Shown piece by piece: positions 39,438-51,461 of a stretch of DNA of 64,000 bases. The stretch lies in assembly GCA_964234715.1 (NCBI GenBank), contig OZ174276.1. One strand, 5' to 3'. Numbering within the stretch: the stretch's first letter is position 1; each line of letters opens with the position of its first letter. Under the pieces are notes generated by a model. The model made no database searches and was not told the DNA's origin. It saw nothing but the letters and a program-made list of their open reading frames with translations. The position numbers and the translations under genes are program-made. The DNA is from Podarcis melisellensis (taxonomy: Eukaryota).

Positions 39438-40994
39438 CTGTACCGCAAAGCCAACAACAATAGAGAGGAGTTACTCACCAAACAGGAAAAAGAAAGTCGT
39501 TTTTGGAGTGTGGGTCTCTAGGAAATCAGAAACACTCACAACACAGTTCTGGGGTAAACTGGGGTCACTGAAACTAGACCACAACCAACTCCCTAAATGC
39601 ACCTTCTTGGCCAGCTTTTGAGGGTAGGGGGTTCGCTTTGGCATATTTATTTGTAATCAAGTCACATTGCACTGCAAAATGCCCCAACAATATGTGAAAT
39701 CATCCTGGCAATTTGACTTCTAGCTACTTTTTTCCAGAAATGTAGAATCAATTTGAGGAAGACAGACCACTTGCAGGGGCCTTCATGGCTGTGAATTAGA
39801 GAACTTTAAGTTTGGGGGTGTGGAGCTTAAAATATCTCTTTCTAAGGTTTACAAATGACAACTGTCTCCTAGGAATGCCAGGTGTTTCTTATGGCAATTG
39901 TCCCTTAGAAAACTGCAAGTTCACTCTCCACATTCTACTTGTTCTGTTTGTAGTTGTTATCTTATTGCATTGTGAAAAACTTTTAATACTTTTAAAAATT
40001 AACATGAGAAAACTGTGAGTACAATAGAACATAAAAGATGTTCCATATTTCAGAACACGGCGAATCCATCAAAATTTATAAGACTCACAATATATCTACA
40101 CAGTGTTCCTTCTTTCAGAGATTCTGACCCAGGAGTGCTGGGCTCCTCAGCACATTCACACTTACAATAAGAGGCATGGGGGCCATTTCCCACACAATTG
40201 TAATTAAGCTCCTGCCGAGAGGAACAACATGGATCGAGTCCATCATTTGAGTCTTTCCTTCCTTCCTTCCTTCCTGGCACCCAAGCGATAGATGCAGACA
40301 CTGCCAAACCATAACTGAGTCATCCTAGTTACATGTGGGGGCAGAGTGAAGTGAGGTGATCGTTTTTCCTGCCCTCAGAAGGTGCCAGTCAATAAAACAA
40401 AGGAAGCCCCAAAAACAATGAAGTCACATCACACTTCCTCACACCCAGAGACATACTATTGGAGGGACTGCATGTCAGTAGCATCCATGATCTTCTCACA
40501 AGCACTCATATACTGGTCGCTGATGTTTATTAAGAGAGTGCTGGAACTGTGGCTGTGCGAGCGGTAGGCTCACAACTCACAGCACTCTTAGCAAACTACA
40601 ACCCCCATGATTCCTTGGGAGAAGCCTGCCACTACGGTTAAAGTGGTATACTGGTGCTTTAAATGTATGGTGTGCTTTTATAGGAGGGATGCCAGAACTG
40701 GAAAAGGGGCTTCCACGCTGACCTCTGCCAAGCCTCAGCTCCATCTACTGGGTCCAATCTTAAGCAGCTGCTTAGGCCTCCCTATCTCCCCACACATGAT
40801 TTATTTGGGGGATGCAAGACCTTTCTGTGGTGTACTCACACCTTTTAAGAGTTTGGCCTTGTCACAATACCTCTCAAAACTCATTTCTGCACATTCACAT
40901 ATACATGGCAGCATAAAAATGTTTTAAGTAATTTCTAACTATGTTACAAATTAACAGGTTTGGGTGGTTGTGTTTGAAATCTCTTCTGTGTGTA

Positions 40995-41334
40995 AAGGTA
41001 AAGGGTCCCTTAGGTCCGGTCGTGGCCGACTCTGGGGTTGCGGCGCTCATCTCTTATTGGCCAAGGGAGCCGGTGTACAGCTTCCAGGTCATGTGGCCAG
41101 CATGACTAAGCCGCTTCTGGCGAACCAGAGCAGCACACCGAAACGCCGTTTATCTTCCCGCTGGAGTGGTACCTATTTATCTACTTGCACTTTGACGTGC
41201 TTTCGAACTGCTAGGTTGGCAGGAGCAGAGACTGAGCAACAGGAGCTCACCCTGTCGTGGGGATTCGAACTGCCGACCTTCTGATCGGCAAGTCCTAGGC
41301 TCTGTGGTTTAACCCACAGCGCCACCCGCATCCC
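40995..41334 (-). mobile_element. Sauria SINE (Squam1), near full length
   Basis: Minus-strand head gggatgcgggtggcgctgtgggttaaaccacagagcctagg, B-box gttcgaatccc, (ACCTTT)n tail; 13-bp TSD tcttctgtgtgta at 40982-40994 and 41336-41348. Confidence 0.92.
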
Positions 41335-41916
41335 TTCTTCTGTGTGTACATTGGTGCTATAAAGCGAAGGAGCTACTTTGCCAACCTTCTGCCTTCCAGA
41401 TGTTGCTGGACTATGACTCCCATCGTTGGAAGTTGATCATTGGCCATTCTAGCTGGGGCTAGTGGAAGTTATAGTCCAAAACATCTGGAGGACACCAGGT
41501 CCGAAAAAGCTGCTCCACACACAGAGTTTTCTATTTAATCTGCCTGGGGGGAAAGAATACTGATGACATTCCAAAATATGATTGAAAAAAATTCAGTTGA
41601 ATTCTTCTTCCTTTTTTTAGTGTGTATATGCTAGAAAGCCAGTGAAATTTCAAACCACTTCTAATTTTCACTGAGCAATTCTTTGTGGCATCTTATTTCA
41701 GCTGCACTTTTGAGAAAGACCCCTCAACTTCCATGGAACTATTAACTGGTAAAGATCCCATTCTGGCTTCCTACTGTACAGCAAACAATTATGTAACTCC
41801 ACAATTAAGCTGGTTGTGGTGACACCAAACATGACAGGCCAATGTTTTAGCTGATAAGACTGAGACTGGACTCGCCTACTAGGTGGCTTCCTTCAGTATA
41901 GTGGCTACTTATTTAC

Positions 41917-42014
41917 CTCAGAAAACCTATCTGCATGTTGATCTGACCAGCTCCTTCCAGTTTGTCATCTGTTTCTGCCAGCTCTCCTTCAAGTACATTC
42001 TGGATCTTGTTTAA
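41917..42014 (-). CDS. QRICH2: QRICH2 exon 7
   Basis: gattctag|LNKIQNVLEGELAETDDKLEGAGQINMQIGFL(R)|gtaaat; 98 nt, phase 0/2. Confidence 0.87.
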
Positions 42015-42479
42015 CTAGAATCACAATTGGGGTAGGGGGATCAAAAGCCATTCTTGCCTTGAAGAACTTTGGTCATGAAACACTAATTTTCCTTTATGGA
42101 GAGTCCCTGGGAGAAAGGGGCACATCCTCACCTCCCCATGTTGTAAACAATAGATAGTTTACATCCACATATATCAGAGCTAAGGTTCAGGTCTAGAAAT
42201 TAAGAAAGTGCTTCCTATGAGGAATGTTAAACTGATTCATTGGTAACTGGAGCATCATCATTATTCACAACATTGGGGTTCTACTGGCTGAGTTTCAAGT
42301 TTAGAGTCACAAAATCAGGCTGAAGATTAACCACCACCCATAATATCTCAAATAAAACAGAGCACGTCTTTTAAAGACCCTTAAAGACACCTCAACAACA
42401 GCAACAAAAAGTAAACTGTATGACTACATTGTGAATATACTAAAAAGGTTATATGTTTCTTAAATGAAGATCATGAGCA

Positions 42480-42670
42480 ATAGTAATGTTGTAAAGGGAA
42501 AATAGTAGAGCGATGAATTCCCCTGTTAAAGGAACTAAGAATTGCAAAAAAGGAGAGAAAGCTTAAGCTTGACATTGGGAATACTGTCATCATATTCAGG
42601 AAAAAAGGGGGGCAATTATAATTAAATAACAATCCCCTCTAACGATCCTGAAGGCAGATTTATTTTCAGC
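42480..42670 (+). mobile_element. Degraded L1 ORF2 endonuclease remnant
   Basis: Frameshifted MNSPVK, SSYSGKKG, AIIIK, DPEGRF motifs in the expected order. Confidence 0.5.
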
Positions 42671-43162
42671 ACATGTTTACTGCTACAACCAAGCAAAACT
42701 AGACCCTGAGCAATTGACAAAGCGTCAGCAGGAGACTCAAGGAAATGACAACAGCAGGATGCAGGATCAAACTAAGCCTGGTGAAGTTAGGTGGTCACTG
42801 TGACCCAGACAGACAGGGGAACCACACTGGGACCACCCAAATACACCACTGAGCTTCAAGCAGCTAGTGCACATTCTATTTTAAATTGCAGTTTGCAGAA
42901 GCACAGAAAAAAACAAAAACTAAAGTGCATCTCACTGATCTCATCCATGGTAGGAATTGTGAGCACCTGGTACCTCCTGTAGCTAACAAACATCACTGTA
43001 ATTCAGAAATGATGAATTGCAGGAAATCAGAAATATAAAATCATTTCTACAAGTTCTGCCGTCAAATTAGCATGCAAACCAGCTTACAGTTCTCAAAATC
43101 TCAGCTTTCAATTTAAGTGGCTTGGATTTCTGATACTCAGAAGCTTGTTTCAAGTAGTAGGG

Positions 43163-43298
43163 CAGGCATCCCCAAACTTGGCCCGCCAGATGTTTTGGGA
43201 TTACAATTCCCATCAACCCTGACCACCGGTCCTGTTAGCTAGGGATGATGGGAGTTGTAGTCCCAAAACATCTGGAGGGCTGGGTTTGGGGGTGCTTG
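43163..43298. mobile_element. Short palindromic hAT-type MITE
   Basis: caggcatccccaaact...gggtttgggggtgcttg; body is the reverse-complement type of 15835-15970. Confidence 0.8.
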
Positions 43299-43556
43299 TC
43301 AATGATGGTCAATTGACTGCGCAACTTCAAGAAAGTCCCCCCCCACACCTTGGTGTTTAGGAAGTTGGTCAAAATATATTCCATTCATAACGCTTTAAAG
43401 GTTGAGTGCTGATACAATGAACTTTATGTTTTGGATATGCTTTGATGGCTTCTAAGAACAGGATGCTTCTTGGGACATACCTCTTATATGAAAACCTGAT
43501 TGAAAACATTCTTGCTGCAAATAAGGCAGCATAGTCTCTCCCTGACAGTCCCCTAC

Positions 43557-43651
43557 CTTCTCTTTCTCAGTTTTCATGTCTTCTTCCATGGCCTGGAGTG
43601 CAGCAAGCTTTTCAGGAAGATCAGGTGGGATGAGAGCAATGTTCCGGTAAA
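43557..43651 (-). CDS. QRICH2: QRICH2 exon 6
   Basis: tttgctggatag|(L)YRNIALIPPDLPEKLAALQAMEEDMKTEKEK|gtaggg; 95 nt, phase 1/0. Confidence 0.88.
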
Positions 43652-43996
43652 CTATCCAGCAAAAACACAGTAGAATTATAAATATATACAAGTGAGCCAT
43701 CAGGTGACAAAACACTGTAGTGTCCAATTCAGGGCTCCAGTCAAACAGCCATGCCCTGTGTAGCGATAGTCCATCCCATTCCCCCCACTTCTTTAGGGAC
43801 AGTCCATTCCAACTGCATTGAACAGTATCAGTGCACACTGTTTGGGGGTTTCAGTTTTTGTTGTTGTTGTTGCAAACTTTGGGGTTCCCCCCTCTCCCCA
43901 CAAACAAGCCTATAGCTCCCTCTTGTGGGTGGATGATGCCAGTTTAGTTAAATAAGATTCAGCACTCACAGAACGAAAGTTCGCTGTTAGTACATA

Positions 43997-44237
43997 CAGT
44001 TGTCCCTTGGTTCTCGAATGCCTTGGTACTCATCTGTTTTGGCTCCCGTACACCACAAACCCGGAATAAGTGTTCTGGTTTGCAAATGTTTTTTAGAAGC
44101 CGAACGTCTGACGCAGCTTCCGATTGAGTGCAGGAAGCTCCTGCAGCCAATGGGAAGTCGAGCCTTGGTTTTCTAATGTTTTTGGAAGTCAAATGGACTT
44201 CCAGAATGGATTACGTTCGAGAACCAAGGTATGACTG
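43997..44237. mobile_element. Tc1/mariner (Tigger-like) MITE, second family
   Basis: TA|cagttgtcccttggttctcgaa...ttcgagaaccaaggtatgactg|TA. Confidence 0.82.
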
Positions 44238-44610
44238 TATACAAGTAGGAATTAAAACATGGAAAGCTCCTGTTCCTGCCAAGCCTCCTTCCAGATTCTC
44301 CATTTAGCCTCCCTGCAGTGTGCCCACTGAACATGCTCATTCCTCATATGGATGGGTGACCTTTGACCCTCCAGACATTATGCCCATCATCACTGGCCAT
44401 ACTGTCCAAGAAATGCTGCCAGGAAACGTCCAAAAGGTTAGCTCTAACCCCCAAATCAACCCTCCAAACATTTGGGTGGGCTAACATTTTTAGATTTTCC
44501 TTCCCAGAAAAAAATGGTTGCCCAACCTGTTGGAAATTTGCCGAAGCAGGTTCCAGATATTTGCCATTTAAAACAGAAACCCAGGAAACCGATACACACG
44601 TGATACATAC

Positions 44611-46012
44611 GTGCATCTGTGAGGAAGTCTTGCAGCCTGCGGAGATCGGCATAGCCACACTTGAATTGATCTAGGAGGCTGATCTGGTCTCGCAGAGCAT
44701 AGTACAAGTCCGTCAGTTGAGCGAGAGACCGCAGGGCATCCACAGTCTCAGAGTAGCGGGCTGGGGCCAAAGTGGAGCCAGACTCGGACAGTGGCATGGG
44801 GGTTGGGGCGGAGAGCAGCGGAGATGCTGGAGGTGTAGCTCCAAGGACAGGCCCAGGGGGCAATACAAGCTGCATTCCAGGCTGCGCACCAGCCCCCTCA
44901 CCAGGCTGGTAACCAAGAGGACTGGGCCAAAGAATCCCAGGCTGACCAAGGTACCCAGCTTGGGCATCAGGAGAACCAGGATAGAATGGAGGGGGTCCGG
45001 GAAATCCAGTTTGTATCCATGGAATGACAGCGCCTCCAGGGAAGGCTTCACCAGGCTGGGCGCCAAGGACTCCAGGATAGGCTCCGGGATAGGCTCCGGC
45101 ATAGGGTGCCAGGCCTCCAGGATAGGCTGTTTCATCTCCAGGTGCGCCAGGCTGGGCCCCAGGTGCTCCAGGTTGAGCCCCAGGTGCCCCAGGGTATGGA
45201 GCTTGGGCTCCAGGTGCACCAGGCTGGGCTCCAGGGGCTCCGGGATAGGCCCCGGGTGCCCCAGGGTAGGGTGCTTGGGTTCCAGGAGCACCAGGTTGGG
45301 CTCCGGGAGCACCAGGCTGGGCTCCAGGAGCCCCAGGATAGGCCCCAGGTGCTCCGGGATAGGGTGCTTGGGCTCCAGGGGCTCCGGGATAGGCCCCGGG
45401 TGCCCCAGGGTAGGGTGCTTGGGTTCCAGGAGCACCAGGCTGGGCTCCAGGAGCACCAGGCTGGGCTCCAGGAGCCCCAGGATAGGCCCCAGGAGCCCCA
45501 GGATAGGCCCCAGGTGCTCCAGGATAAGCCCCAGGTGCTCCAGGATAAGCCCCAGGTGCTCCAGGATAGGCTGCTTGGGCTCCAGGGGCTCCAGGATAGG
45601 CTCCAGGAGCACCAGGATAGGCCCCAGGTGCCCCAGGGTAGGGTGCTCCAGGATAGGCCCCGGGTGCCCCAGGATAGGGTGCTTGGGCTCCAGGGGCTCC
45701 GGGATAGGCCCCAGGAGCCCCAGGATAGGGTGCTTGGGCTCCAGGGGTTCCAGGATAGGCCCCAGGTGTCCCGGGATAGGGTGCCTGGGCCCCAGGAGCT
45801 CCTGGCTGGGTCCCTGGAGCACCAGCAACACCAGGCTGGCCTGGCTGAGCTCCAGGAATGCCTGCTGGAGCACTTCTTGGAGCCCCTGGTGCACCAGCCG
45901 GTGTTCCTTCTCTTCTGTGAGTGCCAGGCAAAGTTCCTGGAGATCCAGGAGTGGCTCTGCTTTCTGGAGAGGTCGCAGAATCAGTTGGGGAGTGTTGGAC
46001 TGGACTTGTCAC
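44611..46012 (-). CDS. QRICH2: QRICH2 exon 5 (large repeat exon, PGAPGAY/Q array)
   Basis: gtttctag|VTSPVQ...(PGAPGAY/Q)n...[49 protein letters not shown]+C|gtatgt; 1402 nt, phase 0/1. Confidence 0.9.
45060..45830 (-). repeat. Coding minisatellite, about 30 units of 21/30 nt ([24 protein letters not shown])
   Basis: Repeated ccaggatagg/ccccaggtgct units on + strand; translation in ORF 44456..46012. Confidence 0.95.
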
Positions 46013-47929
46013 CTAGAAACATATAGAGAGGAGTGACAAAAGCAGGGGTGGCTTTAGCTTGGGGCATTATCACAGGCATCTCACATCTTGCAGTTGACTT
46101 CATAAGAACATCTCATGTCCACTGTGTATCAGGAACACTACCACCACCTTCAACTGCAGGGCTGCACCAGAGCAAATCCAAGATGGCGGCCAGCACCCAT
46201 GCCACAACCCCTCAGCAAATCCAAGGGCGTTGTCACTTTGGGAGCAGGTCAAGTGGTTTTGTATCATCCTTAATTCAAACCAACAATACATGCTGCACAA
46301 TCTGAGGTGTTGACTGGATTGCCCTTAGTTGGGTAAGGCCACAAGAAATGGCCTTTTGAAGTTTCCTAAGTGTCCAAGGACAGCGTGGTGCAACAGGTAA
46401 GATTGCTGGATTCAGATCTAGGAGGCCTTTGATAGGAAATGGCATTCTGAGTGTCACAAGGCGCTGCTGAAATGTGAATGATCCAAGTCCGCCCCAGTGT
46501 CGCTACTGAAAAGCTCATAAACCCTCCTTTGTATAGGAGCAGCAGCTGGGCAATTTCATTCATAAGCTTCAGTGCTTCTCCTTTGTCCACAATGGGAGTT
46601 AACTGTGGTTAACTCACTGATGAGAGGAAGACAATCTGCATGTGCTCAGAGGCAACCTTTCATTACTATTACTTGCCATGTTCAAGGGGTCTAGGCTGGT
46701 ATTGAAAATAAAGACTAGAACTGAATGGCATAAACCAGTCCTTTCCCCTCAAATACTTGAATCCCTAGCCTGTATCCCTCTGGTTCTGCAGTTGTTAGCT
46801 TATGCTACCTCTGTCCAAGATCTACAGGGAAATTATGCAGGAATGCATAAGAGCCATCATACACTCAGTCAGAACTACTTTTTGTTCCTGAAATATTATT
46901 GCTGCTCAGATCAAAAAGCAGAAACTGACACCTGATCCTACACTTAATAAGAAAAAGGAAAAAAGCAGGAGCCCATGGATTACAGCTGATTCTCCATCAT
47001 GAAGACTTGCTTTTAGACATAGAAACATCCTGAAAAGTAACACTCTGCTTCACTCAATTATACCATGTTGACTGAGAGACTGGAAAGACTCACTCATGGA
47101 ATCAGAGTACATATAAACCAAGAGGGAATATTTCACTGCAGTGAATTCCTTCTATTGAGATTCTGATGTAGAACAAAGAATTACACTGGCCAGAAACAAT
47201 TTCTATGCACATTTCAGAATAGACCAACCAAGTGCTGATTTTCCCAAAAGGTTAGAAAGCAAGTAGCTGGGTAAATTTTCTAGAATTCCTGCTATTGTAC
47301 CTTTGTCAGGAATCCTAAATATTTCATTTTGCTGCTCACTGAATTCTTTTAAGTCTGGAGGTAAGAAATGGCTGGGCCCAGAGCCCAAAGCCTGGCCTCA
47401 AACCAATCATTAAGCCATGGAAAGATGCTACAGTAAAGTGGTATCTTTTTTAGATCTGTACTTTGCACATGCACAAATGATCTACAGTAATGAATCTATC
47501 ATACCACTTTAAAACAGTTCATTATTTTGTGGAAACTGGCTATATATCCAAATGCGGGCATTTAACACGCATGCAAGTTTTGCCCTATCTGGCCTTATGG
47601 GACACTAGCTGCTCTATGACTCTATGGAAATGTGAAATTAATGATGCTTACAACAATTCTAAATGGGTGCTTTGGAGCTGCACTGTTTTAAATGTTCTTC
47701 AGGGGCCGAAACAATAGCCCTGAGGTGTTCTCACATTGTTGTTTAGGTGCTACATTGCTTTTCTCTTTCTCAAACTCCTGCATGCCTTTGCTCTCAAGTG
47801 AAAGAAATGCAAACTTGCATAGTCTTTATAACACTGCAACACGGTTATGCTCAGGACACAGATTTTTCTTCAAGATCCAGGAAATGCAGTATGCACAGGA
47901 GAACCAAGTGCAAATCAAAACAACAAAGA

Positions 47930-48007
47930 GCCTTGTGACACCTTAATAACTAACAAATTTATTATGGCACAAGCTTTTACGGACTAGAGTTCGCTTCATC
48001 AGACTCT
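47930..48007 (-). mobile_element. Penelope-like terminal fragment with degenerate hammerhead motif
   Basis: Minus strand ctgatgaagcgaactctagtccgtaaaagcttgtgccataataaatttgttagttattaaggtgtcacaag. Confidence 0.75.
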
Positions 48008-49797
48008 TCATGGGGCAAGACGACCTAAGCATTTAACACCAATTATGGCATGACTACACTAGCTACCAATTAGTTTCCGGGCTCAACTCTGATTTTGTTG
48101 AGTGCTGATTTTGACCTAATTAAGCCTTATGCAGCTAAGGACTCCAATACCTTTTGGACTGCCTCTTCACACATGAACCTACCAGGGCACAGCAATCATC
48201 AGAAAAACTTTGTTGTGTGCCTTCAACAAGAGAGGTGCGGAGGGTGGCAACATGAGAATGGGCCTTATGAGAAGGGTGGCTCCCCATTTGAGGAATGTTC
48301 TCTCCACACCTGGTACTATCACTGTCTGCTCCAGGTTCCAGGCTAAAAACATACACAAGATAAATACTGACCTTGACCAGTGGGGGAAAGCATTGTTTGT
48401 TGTTCTGCCTCAGGCAGAAAAATGTCTGGAGATGGCCTTGTGCAAACAGCTTTGTGCTTCTAACATAGGACCCTTTCTAAACACTTACCTTCTTTTGGTG
48501 GCAGTGGGAGATTAAGCACCCCTCTTAGTCACACATTCATTTCAGCCATGGGATGCAGTCAAAGGGGAGGGGGTAGAACTAGCATTGTTCAAGGAGATGG
48601 GTTGGTTTCTGAGGTTTTAGAAGAGGCATGTGCTCAAGCACTGGAGAGTATAAGCAAAGCCAACCTCCTATGAGGAAAATGGAGATACCCTCCACCTCCC
48701 ACACTGTCCCCAATTTAAAACCATGTGGATACAGGCTTCACCATGATGCACCAGAAAACGATGACATGGCCACCTTCCAATTGGCAATTACCAACTTCAC
48801 AGAAAATACCTATATTGGGGTATAATATTTGCTATTTTTCAGCAAGTACGATTAGCTTTCTGAATGCTATATGGACAAACAGGCTGCCAGGCTGAGATGA
48901 TGTCACCAGGATTGATTAGTGATGCCTGCCAGGAAAACAGATAATGTCCAGGAAGACCAATCTTTGAACACTTGTAGCTAGATTAACTTGTGATTTCCAT
49001 CCTTATGAGAGTACTCTGTATCTGCCCATTTTTATGCTTAAAAAGTGGCATTTTTATGTCATGCGTTCAGCGCTTCATTTTTTATTTTTTTAAAAGGGAG
49101 ATGTTGGGGCTCAAGTCTGTTTGGAAACATCACTTTCTGTTCCAAAAGCTTTCCTTGCACCCCGCCCAACAATATTCCTGATGTGTGAAAATACTCTGCA
49201 GTTATTCAGTAGCAAGGGAAATGCACCCTGCATCTGGCTTAAGGGCACTTTCATTTAGCTTTACTTTTTGTATTCTGGGCTTGAAACTGTAGCTGAGCTG
49301 CTGGCGGATGCTGTGGCTGAGTCCTGGCAGAACAAATAAAGCCCTGTACAGTAGTATCTTCATCCAGCATCTGCCAAGATAGTGACCAGACAGATGGCAA
49401 GCAGTGGAGGTGAATGGAAAGGTCCAGAACAATCTATGTGAGCCATACACTAGCTTGTCATCAACTTTGTTGCATGCTTATTAAATACAAAAGGCAGAAA
49501 ACGAAGACCCACATTGGGCTGATCAGAGGCCACTGAAAATTAGCACAGAATAAATGTTTCCCCCACCCCTGGAACTGGCCATAAGATGATGAAGAAATGT
49601 GCTTCATGGTGCACAGACTGTACGTAGAAAACTCTTTTTGTACACAATAATATAGGTCTAAGTGAAGGGGATAAATAGGACGTGAGATTCAACATATAAA
49701 GGATGCATGCATTGTCTTGGTATTTTTCATGAAGAAAACGTTCATGTGCAAACCTTTTATCCTCCAATCTTCATTTTGCTACACAAATCATACTCAC

Positions 49798-49911
49798 AGG
49801 AGATGGGCTCCTCTTCCCTTTCACAAGGACATCCTCTAGAACGTCCCACCGCACCATATTGCTCATCTCCTCTGGGGAAGGAAACTGGCTCAGCCTCTTC
49901 TCTAAGTCTTT
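49798..49911 (-). CDS. QRICH2: QRICH2 exon 4
   Basis: tttgtctgtag|KDLEKRLSQFPSPEEMSNMVRWDVLEDVLVKGKRSPSP|gtgagt; 114 nt, phase 0/0; EE..MV.W..LE motif. Confidence 0.88.
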
Positions 49912-50141
49912 CTACAGACAAACAAAAACATTAAAGAGGTCACACTTTATTCCCAATGAATAGTATGGAAGAGGCCATTGCAGCCACCTTCATTTATTCT
50001 TCATTAGGAACCCTGGCTGTGGAGAGGTATCAGATGACTAGGATACATACCAGCGAAGAGCTAGTGGGTACATCAAACTATGGGACAACCCTTTTTGGAG
50101 AAGTGTCAACAGGGCGGGGATGGGAAGGTACTGAATGTTGC

Positions 50142-50142
<1 letters not shown>

Positions 50143-50178
<36 letters not shown>
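50143..50178. repeat. (CA)n microsatellite
   Basis: Pure ac run. Confidence 0.95.
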
Positions 50179-50180
<2 letters not shown>

Positions 50181-50559
50181 GGATTAGCAGGTGCTGCTTG
50201 AACTAACCAGTGAGGGTACATCTTCAAGGCAGCTTCGGATGCTATGAATCTGATACATTAGCACAAAGCTGGGAGTACAGAAAATGAACAAATCATGTGC
50301 CAGCAAGTGGCTGGGTTCCCCTCTATGGACAAATTGAACACTGTATGCTAGTCTGAGACTGCAGATGTGCTGGAACTGGCAGGGTGGGGAAGTAGGCTTG
50401 GGACCAGTGTGGACAGAATTTGCCAATGCCTATTGACCATGGCAATCTGATAGGTCACTGAATTTACATCTGGTCCTCTGCAAAACTAGCACACAGCAGG
50501 GAGAGGTTGTTATCTGCATGGAGACTGGTGTTCTGTAGAGGAGCTGTGTGGGAACATAC

Positions 50560-50631
50560 CACTTCATTATCCAAACTTATCTGATCACTTAAGCAAGTCT
50601 TCAGTCGATCGTCAAATGCATGGGGGTCCAA
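50560..50631 (-). CDS. QRICH2: QRICH2 exon 3
   Basis: ttcttcctttcgcag|LDPHAFDDRLKTCLSDQISLDNEV|gtatgt; 72 nt, phase 0/0. Confidence 0.8.
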
Positions 50632-51356
50632 CTGCGAAAGGAAGAAAAATATAATTTAGGATTTCCCCAGGCTGCTCAGGAATAATGTATGAGTGCAAAC
50701 ATGTTCTAATATTGTAAAAGGAGCACTGCAAAAGTGAACTTGTTTTCCCCACACTTTTAGAATACAAGAGGTGAGCACCTGGGGAAAAGCCTTGTAGGGA
50801 AAATAAAACTCAAGCACCTTTATGCATGCCCAGTTCACAGCAAATGCATAGCGCAGCAGGCCATTTTTCCTCCCAACAAGCCTTTGGGGACAGGAGCAAA
50901 CATCACGTTTCCAAGAGAACAAAGAAACAAAAGCATAGCCCAGAAACCTGAATTGCTCTCATGGGATAGCATCTGGGGATGTATCTGGGTATTCAATATT
51001 GCTCAAAAATACACAGTATTAAGCATAGCATCCCAGTGGCTGCTAGGAATATGCCAGGTTGAGTTTTGGATTGCCAAGGCTGAGAATGACTTCTTCCAAC
51101 ACTTCCAGACCTATGGCTAGGCCTGGGGCAAATAATACACAATGACAATCAGCCCATTTCTTTAACAGTAGGTCTCCCCAATCATATATCAAAATGGGAG
51201 CGAAGTTCCACTTTGACAAACACATTGAACATGTGGGTCAGACTGCTGAACCTCTCATCCTCTCAGTGTTGCTTTCCTCCTGAACTCAGGAGGGGTTAGG
51301 TGGACCCAACAGGAAAAGTGGTTAAATAGAAGGAAATAAGGCGTGGACTAGTTTAC

Positions 51357-51461
51357 CAATGCTAAGTGATCCTTGATTTTTTGTACTTCATCCTCTAAAT
51401 TGGCTGTGGCTGCCTTCATTTTGCCAGCCTCATCTATTACATCCTGCAACAAAGATATGGC
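51357..51461 (-). CDS. QRICH2: QRICH2 exon 2
   Basis: ttttgtattctag|AISLLQDVIDEAGKMKAATANLEDEVQKIKDHLAL|gtaaac; 105 nt, phase 0/0. Confidence 0.85.

Noticed and set aside
45060-45830. Regular repeat array as a possible CRISPR, or a separate galectin-3/elastin/collagen gene
   Set aside because: No unique spacers or cas genes, eukaryotic context, and no galectin CRD or signal peptide. It lies inside a QRICH2 exon.
44713-46036. Three additional long ORFs (393 aa minus; 439 and 306 aa plus, one Gln-rich) overlapping exon 5
   Set aside because: They are shadow frames of a GC-rich minisatellite whose units lack stops. Only the PGA frame joins flanking exons in phase and continues into conserved QRICH2 sequence.
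47301-47354. Exon-like segment (ctccag|DLKEFSEQQNEIFRIPDK|gtacaa) in intron 4
   Set aside because: Open only in phase 1, whereas flanking exons 4 and 5 join in phase 0; inclusion gives an immediate TAA.
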